Virus record (IMG/VR): IMGVR_UViG_3300035670_000019
Coordinates: 99,031-163,030 of that record
Origin: a virus
Length of the DNA: 64,000 bases
Strand: one strand, 5' to 3'
Every line of letters begins with the position of its first letter. The first letter of the stretch is position 1. The notes under the pieces were generated by a model that saw only the letters and a list, made by a program, of their open reading frames with translations, was not told the DNA's origin and did not search any database. The position numbers and the translations under genes were made by a program. Shown here one piece after another: positions 50,369 to 64,000 of this stretch.

Positions 50369-52249
50369 TGCCGTTTAATCTACCTATAAACCCTTCAGAT
50401 GTAGCCTCTCTTGTAACTATTGGAGTTAATGATAGTGGGTCAGGTACTAATGGTTCTAGTGTAGTAAATAATGTTTCTCCTCAAATTGACGCTAAGATAT
50501 ATATTGGTGGAAAAGTTACAAATGAAAAAGGAGAAATTCTTTCTAATGTTAATATAACATTCACCCAAACTCCAAAAGTTGATGTAGAAGACTTAGGTAT
50601 CATTAAACCTATAGTTAAAAATGTAACAACTGATAATAATGGAGAATGGGCTCTTATTTTCCCAAAAACAGAAATAGATGTTAAATCTATTGATATCCTT
50701 TATGTTAAACAAGATTACAAACCAGAACAAATATCTTTAGCTAGTTTTACATCAATAGAATACCCAGATGAAGTATCTGAACCTAAAAAAATATCAACTC
50801 CTGATACTGAACCACCGTATATTTATATTGTTGGGAATAAACAATTTTCAAATAATAAGCAAAATATAGCTCAATCTAGAGCATCAGATTATTATAATAA
50901 AGCTAGAGACCCCAAATATAAAGGAGCTGTTATTTATAATATAAATAAAACTCTTTTTTTATCTCCAACCCCAGAAGAAGTAACACAAGCTGCTATTCAA
51001 ACATATGTACAACCTATAACTAATGAAATAAATGAGTTGGAACGTGTTCAAAATGAAGAAAAAGCTAAAGAAGATCTTCCACCTCAAGCTAAAGTAATTA
51101 TTACTATTGATGTTCAAAAAGAAGAAATTAAAAAAATATTAATTCCTTATATTATTAAATTATTAATTCCTTTTGGGATAATAGCTGTTCAAGCTGTAGT
51201 TTCTAAAATAGATTTAGAAAAAATTAAAGACCAAATTTTATGTCCTCGTCAAGATAAAATTTTAGAATTAATAAATAAAAGAAACAAATTAGTTAGAAAA
51301 ATCAATAGTATCTATAAAACAATAACTTCTATTTCTAGAATATTAGTTGGTGTTAATACAGCTATAACAGCTATACAAGTAGGTATTTTAGCTATAACTG
51401 TTGTTCCTTTCCCAGCACCAGCAGGTGTTACTTCAGCTTTAGGAGATCTTAAAGATGAATTAAAAAAAGCTCAAATAGTGGTTAATATCATTACTTTAGC
51501 ATTAGCTGCTTTTGGGGCTGTATTAGGTATTATTTTAAGATTATTAAATGCTTTAGATATATTAATTAGGGAATGTGCTCAAAGTCAAAATATACCGTTT
51601 GAAACAATTAATACAGAATTAAATATTTTTATTAACCAATCAACTGGAATAAATAATAGTGCTGTTATTGCTTCTGATAATACTTACAAAGGATTTAAAC
51701 TTGAAATAAAACTTGATGAAACTAATTCTATTAAATATCCTAGACGATATGCCCAAGCTTTAACCAAAACTGGAATACCTGTATTAAAAACAGATTCATC
51801 ATTTGCTTCTGACCCACAAGTATTATTAGACCAATTAAAATTTATTATAGATTCAAACCCTCAGCTAACAGCTGAATAACCAAATATTTATAACTATGAA
51901 AACAGATATGTTAAAAAAGTTAATTAAAGAAGCAGTTCGTGAAGCAATCCAAGAAGAAATTAAAGATATCCTTCTTGAAGCTGTACGTTCTCCTAAAACT
52001 GTAGTTAATGAAAATGCTAACCCTATTCCTTATTCTACAAAACCAACAACAACCAATTTAAACCCAGATATTAAACGCAACTTGCGTAGTATGATTGGTG
52101 GTGAATTTGATACTATAATTTCTGCTAATTCATCACATACCCAACCAGCATATACTCCTCCCCCTGTCAGTACAATAGGTGAAGGTTCAAGTTTACCTGG
52201 TGGTGAGGTAAGTTTAGATCAAATAATGGGATTAATGACAACTAAATAA
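50368..52249 (+). CDS. Two putative virion proteins (50368-51879, 51896-52249)
   Basis: Structural-module context. Confidence 0.55.
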
Positions 52250-52650
52250 TGGCAATTAGAATAGAAAATAAAAATCCTTTAGATATTAATAAGCGAGTAG
52301 CTATTGGAGTATCTATTCCTTTTAATTCTGATGTAGCTTTTAAATCAGTGTATACTACTTCTGAACAAGTTAAATACAATATAATTAATTTTATATTAAC
52401 TAACCATAATGAACGAGTTTTTAATCCAAATTATGGATCTAATTTAAGGGCATTTTTATTTAGTGGTATTACTGAAGATAATTTAAAAGGTTTAGAAACT
52501 AAATTGAATAATGATATAAAAAGTAATTTTCCTACTGTTAATATTAATTCATTAACACTGGTTCCTTCATATGATGAAAATTCTATTCAATTAAATATTG
52601 ATTTTTCTGTTTATAATAACAATCCTCAAAGTATACAAATAATATTATAA
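52249..52650 (+). CDS. Baseplate wedge gp25/GPW-like protein
   Basis: NIINFILTNHNERVFNPNYGSNL. Confidence 0.85.
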   Translation: MAIRIENKNPLDINKRVAIGVSIPFNSDVAFKSVYTTSEQVKYNIINFILTNHNERVFNPNYGSNLRAFLFSGITEDNLKGLETKLNNDIKSNFPTVNINSLTLVPSYDENSIQLNIDFSVYNNNPQSIQIIL

Positions 52651-54479
52651 TGGCTGCTGAAAATAGAGATATAAAATATTTAAATAAAGATTTTGGTGAA
52701 TTAAGAAATTCTCTTATTGAATATGCCAAAACTTATTTCCCTTCAACATATACTGATTTTACCCCATCATCCCCAGGAATGTTATTTATGGAGATGTCAG
52801 CTTATGTTGGTGATGTATTATCTTTTTATCTTGATAATCAAATTCAAGAAAATTTTATCCAATATGCTAGGCAAGAAAGTAATTTATATACTTTAGCGTA
52901 TATGTTAGGTTATAAACCTAAAGTAACTGGTGTAGCTACTGCTACTATTGATATCTACCAAAAAGTTCCAGCTAAATCTGTAGGAGGTTCTTACGCTCCT
53001 GATTATGATTACGCTTTAGTTATTGGAGCTAATACTGTTTTATCTTCTAATGTCTCTAATTTCTTAATCCAAGACCCAGTAGATTTTACTTTTAGTAGCT
53101 CTGCTAATCCAACTGAGGTTTCAATTCTAACACTTAGTGGAACTACACCATTATATTATCTTTTAAAAAAATCAACAACAGCTATATCAGCTAATATTGT
53201 TACTAAAACTTTTTCTTTTGGAGCTCCTCAACGCTTTCAAACCATAGAAATTAATGATACTAATATTATTAAAATTTTAGATATTACAGGTAGTAATGGA
53301 GATAAATGGTATGAAGTACCTTATTTAGCTCAAGAAATGATATATGATTCTATAGCTAATGCTGGATCAGATTCTGGTGAAGTTCCTTATTTGTTACAAT
53401 TAACAAAAATGCCTAGACGATTTGTATCTCGTTTTACATCACCTACAACACTTCAAATACAATTTGGCGCTGGCACTACAACAGCTAATGTTGAAGAAGA
53501 AATTATTCCTAATCCTACTAATGTTGGAAATTTTTTCTCAACAAATGACTATTTAACTACAGCTTATGACCCAGCTAACTTTTTATATACTAGTACTTAT
53601 GGAATAGCTCCTTCTAACACTACTTTAAGAGTTAGATATTTAACAGGAGGAGGAGTCACAGCAAATGCTGCTTCAAATACTATTAATAGAATTGTTAACT
53701 CAAATGATATATCATTTAAATTTGAAAACCCCCCTGAACCATTATATTCTGATATTTTAGGATCTGTTGCAGTAACAAATCCATTTGGAGCTACAGGAGG
53801 ACAAGATGGAGATACACCTGATGAATTAAAATTTAATTCTTTAGGAACATTTGGAACACAATTAAGAACAGTAACTCAAGATGATTATATTGTTAGGGCT
53901 TTAAGTATGCCTTCACAATATGGCTCTTTAGCTAAAGTATATGCTGAACCTGAAAGATTAGAAAATTTATTACCTGGTGAATCATTATCATCAATTAATT
54001 TATATGTTTTAGCTTATGATAATGATAAAAAATTAAAAAACGCTACAACCTCATTAAAAAATAATTTAAAAGTTTATTTATCACAACATAGAATAGTTAA
54101 TGATTCTATTAAAATTAGAGATGGTTTTATAATTAATATTGGTGTAGATTTTGACATTGTAGTTTTACCTAATTATAACAATAATGATGTTTTATTTAAA
54201 TGCATAACTGCTGTTAAAGATTATTTTAATATTGATAAATGGCAAATAAATGAACCTATTATATTAAAAGATATATATATATTATTAGATAAAATAGATG
54301 GAGTTCAAACTGTTAAAAATATTAATATAACCAATAAATGTGGGTCTAATTATTCAGCATATGCTTATGATATAGCTGGTGCTACTCAAAATAATGTTAT
54401 TTATCCTTCTGTAGATCCAATGATATTTGAAGTTAAATACCCTGATTCTGATATTAAAGGACGTGTTGTGTCTTTATAA
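52650..54479 (+). CDS. Baseplate wedge protein (gp6/baseplate J-like)
   Basis: KDFGEL, GDVLSFYLD, GG.DG, Q.RTVT..DY. Confidence 0.85.
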   Translation: MAAENRDIKYLNKDFGELRNSLIEYAKTYFPSTYTDFTPSSPGMLFMEMSAYVGDVLSFYLDNQIQENFIQYARQESNLYTLAYMLGYKPKVTGVATATIDIYQKVPAKSVGGSYAPDYDYALVIGANTVLSSNVSNFLIQDPVDFTFSSSANPTEVSILTLSGTTPLYYLLKKSTTAISANIVTKTFSFGAPQRFQTIEINDTNIIKILDITGSNGDKWYEVPYLAQEMIYDSIANAGSDSGEVPYLLQLTKMPRRFVSRFTSPTTLQIQFGAGTTTANVEEEIIPNPTNVGNFFSTNDYLTTAYDPANFLYTSTYGIAPSNTTLRVRYLTGGGVTANAASNTINRIVNSNDISFKFENPPEPLYSDILGSVAVTNPFGATGGQDGDTPDELKFNSLGTFGTQLRTVTQDDYIVRALSMPSQYGSLAKVYAEPERLENLLPGESLSSINLYVLAYDNDKKLKNATTSLKNNLKVYLSQHRIVNDSIKIRDGFIINIGVDFDIVVLPNYNNNDVLFKCITAVKDYFNIDKWQINEPIILKDIYILLDKIDGVQTVKNINITNKCGSNYSAYAYDIAGATQNNVIYPSVDPMIFEVKYPDSDIKGRVVSL

Positions 54480-54500
54480 TTTTTATATTTATAATAAAAA

Positions 54501-57500
54501 ATGGCTGTTTATAAGATATTTCCTACTAAAGATGCTTCTATATACTCTCTTTACCCTAGTAAAAACACAGGGCTAGATGAGATAATTGAATCTTCTCTTT
54601 CAGTTACTAATGCTTCTGCTTTACCCCAAACTAGTAGATTTTTAGTTCAATTTTCTGATACAGAAATAAATGATCTTATTGATAACAAAATTAGTGGATC
54701 TAACTGGAAAGCATATTTTAGAGGATATGTAGCTGTTTTAGAAGGTCTAAATATAGATACACAACTTGAATTTTACCCTGTTTTTGGTTCTTGGAATATA
54801 GGAACAGGAAAATATAATTATTCTCCTGAATATCAAAATGGTGTTAGTTGGGGTTGGAGATCATATTCTGGTAGTAACGCTTGGATAACTAGTGGTTTCC
54901 CAACTAATGTAACTGCTTCATATAGTGGTACTTTAGGTGGAGGTAATTGGTATTATAGTTCATCAAACACTACTGTATTACCTATATTCTCAACTCAAAG
55001 TTTTACTTATACTGACTCTGGTGATATCAACACTGATATCACTAATATGGTTAAAGCATGGTATAGTGGTACTATAGAAAATAATGGATTTATAGCTAAA
55101 CAAGCTGTTGAATTTATTGATAATGAGAATTATGAGAATAAAATGCAATTTTTCTCTAGAGACACTCATACTATATATCCCCCACAGCTTGAATTTAGAT
55201 GGAGAGATTATACTTTCAATACAGGATCTTCTACTAACACTATACTAAATACCTCTAATGCTACTGTTGCTTTAGACGAAAACCCAGGCATTTTTTACCC
55301 TGAAAGTATAAATATATTCAGAGTTAATAGTAGACCAACATACCCATCAAGAACTTTTCAAACAGCTTCCTATTACACACAAAATTACTATCTTCCAACG
55401 TCATCATATTATTCAATAAAAGACTTGGATACTAATGAAGTTGTTATAGATTACGATGATCAATTCACTCAATTGAGTGCTGATGAACAAGGTAGTTATT
55501 TTACACTATATATGAATGGTTTAGAACCTGAAAGATATTATAAAATACTTATTAAAAGTGTTATAAATGGATCAACAATAATTTTTGATAATGACTATTA
55601 TTTCAAAGTAATAAATGGCTGAATATCCTTTAAATAGAACAGTTTTTAATAAAGAGGCATATTTAAATACAGTTGATACTTCATTTGCTCAAATATCAAC
55701 TCCCCCTCCCCCATTAGAAGACACTATAACTGTTAGTGAATTTTTTGATTTATATAATGCTATTTTCTACGACATCCCAGCTAATGGCTCAACTAATTCT
55801 CATGAGTATTTAGTAAAAACAAGTGGGGAATATATTAATTTTGAACAAAATGATGAAAATATACAAGCATTATTAGATGAGATAACTCTTTTAAGACAAG
55901 ATTTATTAGTAGCTAACCAACAAATTTTAACTTTACAATCCTCAGCTTCATTAAATTCATAATATGGCTACATTAATAAATGAAATAAATCCTATAACAT
56001 TTGAGATTCAAACATACTCCCCTCAGGATATATCCGCTATGTCTCCTGAGACAGTTAATCCTGTTTTTGATCCTAGTAAAGGAGATTATGTTGAATATAC
56101 AATAATATCACCTGATAATTCTTTTCAAGTAACAGATCAAAATCTTGAAAATATTATTATAACTAGCACAAATGCTAGTACTGGAGCAGTTTTTAATATT
56201 GATTTAGATCCTGAAAGAGATTTAAAAAATAAAGGTTTTACTAACGGTGAATACAATGTTGTATATAATTTTTTACGAAATCAATTAAGTTCTTCTTCAG
56301 ATAATAGACCTTTTTTTGTAAAAGAAATATCACCTGATAGAACAGAATTAAGATTAGCTTCTAATATTCTTTCTAATGATGAATTAATTACATTAACTAA
56401 TGAATTTAAAACTCAACTTAACTCATCAGAATATTTTCAAGATTTTTATCTTAATTTTGGTAGTAATAATTTAATTATAGCTAATAATGTATTACTTGAT
56501 AATACAAAAACTAAATATGAGATATTAATTAATTTATATGAACCTTTACCAACGCGTTTCAAATTAAAAGATGTTTTATGGGTTGTCACTCAAACAGCTG
56601 ACCCATTAGCTTTTAATATTTCATTTCAACCAGAAGTAATAGTACCTGTAATCATTAGACCTACTCTTAAAAGTCCTAATTTTGATTTACCTATTAAGAA
56701 TAGAACTAATAATTCAACTACTTATATAAATTATGAACAATTATTAACTACAAATAATGTTACTTCATATGATCAAATTCTTTCATATTTAGCTGAAAAA
56801 AGTATTAATATAGGAATTGATTATACTGATTTTTCAAGTTTTGTTCATTTTTCATCAGCTGAATCAAGAATTAAAAATTTCTTTTATAAAGTTCAATTAT
56901 TAGAACAATATGAAGCTGATTTAATACTAGTAGATGCTGCTGATACTGCTATAACATCAAGTACAGTTATACTTCAAAACAAAATTTCAGATATAATTAA
57001 AAACTTTGATGGTTTTGAATATTACTTATATTTTGAATCAGGCTCAGTTCCTTACCCTAAAAAACCAACACCACCACCATATGCTTTATATCCTAGTGTT
57101 GATAGTAATGTTCAAACCTGGTATTCTTCTTCTATAAGAAGCGCAATATTATATGATGCTAATAATAAAGATTATTTATTTAATACTATACCTACTTATT
57201 TAACAGATGATCCTCAAAATGAACCTTACAAAGTGTTTATTGATATGGTAGGACAGTATTATGATAATATATGGATTTATTATAAAGATGTATCAAACAG
57301 ATATAGTGGTGATAACCGTTTAGAATATGGTATATCTAAAGATTTAGTAGCTGATGCTATTAGATCATTTGGTTTAAAAATATACCAAAATAATTTTTCT
57401 ACTAGTGATTTATTTAATGCTTTTACAGGATTTAATTCTGGAAGCTACCTTCGTACTACTAATAAAACACCTTGCCCCCCAGATACTGAACAGGTTGAAT

Positions 57501-60500
57501 TTTATTTAACTGCTTCTCAAGAATCATATTATACTCCTCTAGACGATGTAAATAAAGAGATGTATAAGCGTATTTATCATAATTTACCTTATTTGTTAAA
57601 ATCTAAAGGAACAGTAGCTGGTTTGCAAAATATTATTAGTATGTTTGGTATTACTAGCTCCATTTTAAAAGTAAGTGAATTTGGAGGAGCCTATAATACA
57701 TCAACCCCCACAACTGGTATTCAAGATATTGTCACTGATAATATCCAAATCCTTACCAGTGCTCAGATGTCTCAATCATTCCCTCCTATTATACCTCCAG
57801 GTACTACAGATGCTAATTATGCTTTTATACCTAAATTTGTTTTATCATCTCAAAAAAGTATACTTGAAAATTATAATACTGATCGTAGTTTATCACCAAG
57901 TATTAATGCTGTAGAAATAACATTTTCACCTCAAAATGACATAGATAATTTTATTAAACAGCCAGGTAATTTACCTTACTTTGATATAGGAACATATATT
58001 GGTGATCCATCACAAACATTTTTACCGTATTATCCTGATTTATATAGTGAGGCAGCTAGCTTATTAGTTGATAATGAACTTAATCCTACAACTTACATTC
58101 GCTTAATAAAATACTTTGATAACTCATTATTTAATATGATTAAAGATTTTATTCCTGCTAGAACAAATCTAAAATCAGGTATTACTATTAAACCTCACTT
58201 ATTAAATAGAAGTAAAATTGTACAACCTCAAGCTTTTATAACTAGTAGTATATATAATGGATATATTGATACTGCTTTTATTGAAGGAGGAACAGGTGGC
58301 ACTTTTGATGATTATAACTCTTTAACACCCCGTTTAAATAACACCCAATCTTGGACTGAATTTGTTAAAACCCCCATGGGTCCTCCAATTAGTAAACTTC
58401 ATAATGATCAATCTGAATTTTATAACGGAGAACTTCCAATATTTCCAACTAAAATTAGAAGATATAATCCTCTTCTTGGACCTATAAGAGAAGAAGAAAC
58501 TATTGTTACTAATGGAGAATTAAATCCAAATAATTCTTTTAAATATGTTAAATCATATCTTACCTCTCAACAATCTCTTTATCAGATTAGGTATTATTAT
58601 AGTGATGATGTATCCTTAGAAACTTTCATAACTAGTGGAGGATCTTATAGCCCAAGTAGTGGACAAATAGTTGGTTGGGTAAGAAAAAAACAAATTGAAA
58701 TTTTTGGCAGACCTGGAGACCCATCATCATATCAAACTGTTTTTTATTTAGAATATTTAAAAGTTGCCTCTAATAGTATAAATGGTATTGATAATGTTGA
58801 AATTTTACCTAATCTTCAAAATATTATTATACCATATAAAACACCAACATCTCTTTTTTGGATTTCAACTCCAACTCAACTTGGTGGATTTGCGGTTGAT
58901 GGTGGTGTAGATTTTTATAATTATTCAATAACACCATACTATTTACCCACTAGTGTTGAAGCTAATTCTAGTTACACTGATTATATAGATTTATTCCCTT
59001 ATACAAACATTATTTGGGATTACAATGAATATAATTCTATAATTAATAATACTGTAGGAGACACTACTTCAACTCACTATATGAAAGTAGATTATGGGTC
59101 TGGTATTTTAACCCCATATAACTTTGAACTACTCATATCAGGCACAGCTGATAAAGCCGCTGCTCAAGACTCAAACTATTATTCAAAATCATGGTCTAAT
59201 ATTAGATATAATGGATCAAGACAAAGTTCACGTGATTTTAATAAACCTTATTAAAAATAAAGATTATGCCTTCATTTAATGTTTATGCCCAAAATAATCC
59301 TAGTAATAAAGATGTTTTAGATACCCAAAAATTTAACTATGGAACCACTCCTAACCAACCAGTAGCAGAACAAAATCAAACATATTTTGCTTACTTTGAT
59401 GGTGTAGGAGGTACAGGCCCTGAATATATAGATGGAACAGCGTATTTTATAAAGTATTTAATTGACACTGAAGGAAATGTTGTTAATCCTGAACCTTTTA
59501 CTATAGTTGATAGTCCTCAAGCTGTACCTTTGTATAATTTAAAAGATAATTTTGAAGTTGGTAAAAGAGCAACAGTTAAATTAATAGAACCTGATCCAAC
59601 AATAGGTACAATACCTAATGCTGAAATATTACAAGGTACTCATACTATAGCTCATGTTGGTAGAATAGTACCTATTTTAGTTACAGAAACAGGACCAGCT
59701 ACATCAGATTATATAACTACTATGAGTTTTATCCCCCCTCCCCCACCTTCTCCTCTTCCAGTAGCTAATATGAGTGGTTTATTTAGACTTAATACTTCTT
59801 TTTCTGCTAGTAAAGCTAATAGTCAAACTATAACTTGGGGAGAAGAAGTATATGGAGATAATTATACTTTTGGGGGTAGTACTATCACAGTAGATGAAAG
59901 TACATTTAATGCTAATACTAGAATAAAACTTAAGTTATCATTAGCTATATCTACTCCAACAGTAGGAACTCTTTATACTACTATTAGACTCACTATTAAT
60001 CGTAACACCACAGTACCTGGGGATAATATTATTCTTGATTCAGGATACATCCCTATAGAAGTTGCTCCTATAAATGCTCCTAAAATATATACTGTTGAAT
60101 CAGATTGGATAGACGCTTCTATCAATGATGTTTATAGAGCATTTTATGATCTTAATGGATCAGGTGTGGGTGATTCAAATAGAATTGTTGTAGGTACAGA
60201 TAATGGATGTGTTGATTCATATCTATTAATCCAACAAGAAAATGCCCCTTATACCCCAGAAGAAGGCCCTGAATATATAGATGGAGTGAATTCAATCTAT
60301 TTAAGAGGTGGAGTATTTAATTCTATAGAAGATCACCCTGATGAAAAATTTTCTTATGTTTTTTGGGATGTTAATACAGCTCAAATATATAATAATCCTG
60401 GACTAATACAAACTTTAGACCCAGCCTCATCAGCTTTTGGATTTTCAGAAATAAAAATACCATTTAGTGATGTTAAACGCGGAGATAAAATTAGATTTGA

Positions 60501-60810
60501 ATATAATAAAGAACAAAATTATACCATAAATGATATCACGTTATATGATGACTCAGGTTATACTATATTACGTATGACTATAACACCTAATGTAGGAACA
60601 ATCCAAGGTTCTAATTCAGGTGTAATATCTAGTCATTTTTGTATCTATCGAGTAATAGATGATGGTACATATGTAGTTTTAGATGTTAAAAAAGACGCTC
60701 CTGGAGGAGCATATTCAGGAATCCTTCAACCTGAATTTATATCTAAAGAATTAGTACAAAAATATGATAAAATAATCACTGATTTAACATCAAAAGAAAT
60801 AATTCAATAA
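54501..60810 (+). CDS. Four virion/baseplate-associated proteins (54501-55622, 55615-55962, 55964-59254, 59266-60810)
   Basis: Long S/T/N-rich ORFs in the tail module; the 1096-aa protein has LLKSKGT and F.PAR baseplate-like motifs. Confidence 0.65.
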
Positions 60811-60837
60811 TATTTATAATAAAATAATCTATATAAA

Positions 60838-63381
60838 ATGGGATATCTTAATAATTCAATAGTTACAGTTGATGCTATTTTAACAAGAAAAGGTAGAGAA
60901 TTGCTAGCTAGAAATGATGGTTCTTTTAGAATTACACAATTTGCTTTAGCAGATGATGAGATTGATTATACAATGTGGGACCCAACCAACCCATTGGGAT
61001 CAGCTTATTATGGTCAAGCTATTGATAACATGCCTCTTTTAGAAGCCATTCCTGATGAAACTCAAGCAATGAAATATTTGCTTACTACTCTTCCTAGAGG
61101 TACTTCTAAACTTCCAATCCTAGATTTGGGTTATCAAGTTATATCCTTATATCAAGGTGCTTCAATAGCTATTACACCTCAAACTCTTAATTATTTAGGT
61201 GGAACACAAACCTTTGAATCATCAGGATATGTTGCTACTATCGGTGATGTTCGTTTATTAAGTAATTTTAATGGTGTAGGTATCAACACATCACAAGCAA
61301 CTGCTTTAAACTCAACAACCACACTAGGAGCAGCTGTTTCTAAAACAGTTGTAGGTACTACTATCAATATGACAGCTACAACGGTGAATGTGTTATTCCC
61401 TGAAGGTGTGACTCAATTATCCACTTCTTTAACTGTAATTGGTAGAGACAGTGGAGCTAGGATAACAGTTCCTGTTCAATTAAATAAAAATACAAATTGT
61501 TAATATATTAAAATATGTCATTTAAAAGATTAGACCCTGAAGATTTTTTAGTAAGCGCGGAATCTATTGTAGCCCCAGCTTGGTCAAACTTCTCAGCATC
61601 ATTAACAACTTTTGTTCCTTCTAACTCTCAAATTGCTGGTCCTAGTGGAGATTATTATATAAATGTATATAATTTAGATCCTAATTCAAATGCAGCTGCT
61701 GAAATTCAATTCGCTATAGCTTATGGTGACTCTAAAGGTTCCGGATCATTATTATACAATACTGGAGTTGATGGGTTATCACCTTCAAGAACAGTTTATG
61801 GGCAATTTGTAAATCTATTATTAGGAGAAGATGAAAACGCTTCTTTTAATTTTGGAGGAACAGCTACTAATGAAAATTTTTATGCTATAGTAATTAATAG
61901 AGCTCGTTATAAACAAGCAATCATGCCTGGTAGTCTCCAAATTAATGGATTAGTATCAGGTGTAAGCATAACAGATAATAGTACTATAACTCCTGTTGTA
62001 GATTACACAAGTGCTGGAAGAAGATTCACATTAGGGTCAGGTAGTTTTGGTGATGGAGTAACACCCACATCTTTAACCACAGGAGTATATGGCTATGTTT
62101 ATCCAGATGTAGGAATTATAATTTTAAATCCTGATTCTCTTCCAGGTATAGATACTCTAAGACAATCTAATACTGATAATAATAATCCTGAACAATTAAG
62201 AGAAGATTTAACTTCATTTTATCTTCAAAGCCAAGAAACTGTAACTTCAGATTTTGTATTTTGTAGAGCTAGAAATGCTGAATTTAATTATTCAGTGAAC
62301 CCAAGTTTTTCAGTTTCAGCTAGTGCGGGTACTATATTGTTTAATGATTTCGTACAAAATCCATCAACATATATTACTTCAATAGGAATGTATAATGATA
62401 ATAATGAATTATTAGCAGTAGCTAAATTATCAAAACCACTTAAAAAAGACTTTACTAAGGAAGCTCTTATAAGAGTAAAATTAGATTTTTAAATGAATGG
62501 GTGCCTTCAAATCATTAACATCACAGGATATAATTGTATCTCCTTTAATAGTATATGGAAACGCTGCTAATTCAGCTACTATTACTTTTTTAAAAGGAAA
62601 AAACACTACTTATGGTTCTGATGATGATGAAACTAACCCATCTCCTTGGCCTTCAGCTTCATTAGTATATGCTTCTATAAAACAGTTATATTATAGTAAT
62701 ACTTTTCCTAATGATTCTCAACCTGCTATTGAAATTGATAATCAAGGAAATGTAATTGAAGGTAGTCAAACAGCTAATGTTAATAGCAGATATGATAACT
62801 TTTTACAAAGTGGTTTGTATGCCCCTAGATATTTTCCAACTGGAGCAAATGAAATAATTTCTGTTGGTATCATACCTCAATCATTATTCGGAGACTATGT
62901 AAAACCAGGCAGTGTTGAATTTTTCTCAGCAGCTGACTATTTTGATGATGGTCAAGGAAATCTAAAAGATGACGCTGACGTATATGTTGGTAACATAATA
63001 TATACTCATGGTATTATAATTATAACAAACCAATCATTAGCTACTGATGTAGGAGATATTGAAGTCAATTTCCGCCCCACAACAACAGTGTATGAAACCC
63101 AATATAAATGTACTATTAGACCCGATGAATTCAATTATTCATTAAACCCAACTTTATTAGCAGGTGATGAACTTACCAACCCAGTAAACTCAAACGGATT
63201 GCCTGTTAATACTAGTGGTGATGTAGTTGATTTTGTGACAGGTTCTGCTTTTGCCCCATATGTAACAACAGTAGGACTTTATAATACAAATAATGAGTTA
63301 TTAGCTGTAGGTAAATTAGCTCAACCTATACCTACAAGTAGAACAGTTGATATGAATATAGTTATTAATATGGATAAGTAA
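60838..63381 (+). CDS. Three tail/baseplate proteins (60838-61503, 61515-62492, 62497-63381); last two are paralogous
   Basis: Shared EFNYS.NP and Y(I/V)T..G(M/L)YN.NNELLAV.KL..P C-termini. Confidence 0.7.
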
Positions 63382-63382
63382 T

Positions 63383-64000
63383 ATGTCACTAACAAGAATA
63401 GACCCTGCAGATTTTGTTTTTAGTAATGATGATCTTTCTGTGTCATGTTGGAGAGATGAAAATGGTAATCCTGTAGGAGACACAGTAAATACACCTTCTT
63501 TTTTACAACAAACTGTATCATACACTGTTAATAATGCTACAGGCGATGTTATTAATTATTCTATTGGAAATTACGCTAATATACAATATAGTAGAACTAG
63601 TGCTAATAAAAATGGTAATGCTTACCAACAAGCTGTTTATGGAGCTATTCGTAATATAGTAGTTGGAGACGCAAATGCTGATATTACCTGGGGTGGTGTA
63701 GCCCAACCTTCATTTGCTGTTATATCTGTATCTAAAAATATAACCCTTCCTCTCCTCCCTGGAAGTATAAAACTAGGAAATCTTACAGATAATAGTAATA
63801 TAACTCCTCCTAGAATTTTAAATTGTGGTAGAGCATATGATTTAAAACCTGCTCCTATACTAGCAGGTGGTGGTTATGCATTAGGTTACGGTGCTGGATC
63901 ATCACTAGGACTTTTCCTCCCAGATGTAGGATTAATCCTCGCTGCTGCGACTAGTACTAATTTTGCCCTTTGTACTTTAAATCCCACCCCAACTAACCAT
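63383..64000 (+). CDS. Structural protein paralog, 3' truncated (absent from ORF track)
   Basis: MSLTRIDPADFV...W resembles MSFKRLDPEDFL...W (61515); shares TDNS..TP and G...PDVG.I; open to the window end. Confidence 0.75.
   Translation, partial: MSLTRIDPADFVFSNDDLSVSCWRDENGNPVGDTVNTPSFLQQTVSYTVNNATGDVINYSIGNYANIQYSRTSANKNGNAYQQAVYGAIRNIVVGDANADITWGGVAQPSFAVISVSKNITLPLLPGSIKLGNLTDNSNITPPRILNCGRAYDLKPAPILAGGGYALGYGAGSSLGLFLPDVGLILAAATSTNFALCTLNPTPTNH

Larger units (their letters stand above)
671..60818 (+). promoter_or_regulatory. Putative late promoter motif ATATTTAT(A)
   Basis: At 671, 13692, 21963, 22302, 25088, 26463, 28717, 44291, 45305, 48691, 51884, 54485 and 60810, each a few to ~25 nt upstream of a start (lysis, structural and HEG genes). 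Confidence 0.65.

Noticed and set aside
1010-63706. Minus-strand ORFs and nested + ORFs (e.g. 23240, 57675) in the ORF track
   Set aside because: Short, mostly antisense to or inside well-supported genes, with no motifs or promoters; treated as shadow ORFs.

Overview
64 kb of a large, AT-rich (roughly 30% GC) lytic myovirus-type phage genome. Essentially all real genes are on the + strand, in the standard genetic code. The host is most likely Bacteroidota: about 25 copies of a 34-bp promoter match the Bacteroidetes -33/-7 consensus, leaders are A-rich, and one protein resembles T9SS cargo. Order of modules: (1) 3' end of a PD-(D/E)XK/Cas4-like nuclease and an ~11 kb glycosylation/sugar-modification cluster; (2) many small accessory genes with a TraR-like Zn finger, an HTH-HNH protein, a ClpP-like protease, thyA and a secreted S8 protease; (3) lysis cassette; (4) nucleotidyltransferase, then an HNH homing endonuclease inserted in the 5' end of a metallophosphoesterase; (5) a dense early region (30-43 kb) of small genes, most with their own promoter, 13-bp G-rich repeat arrays and two odd non-coding blocks; (6) four canonical tRNAs and three tRNA-like RNAs; (7) HD protein, sigma-like factor and baseplate/tail genes. 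Best candidate for an undescribed system: three tRNA-shaped RNAs (30620-30715, 30769-30894, 43994-44117) keep the acceptor, D and T arms but replace the anticodon arm with long inserts that are complementary to one another, suggesting trans-assembly or strand-displacement switching. All calls come from reading motifs by eye; no database searches or folding programs were run.
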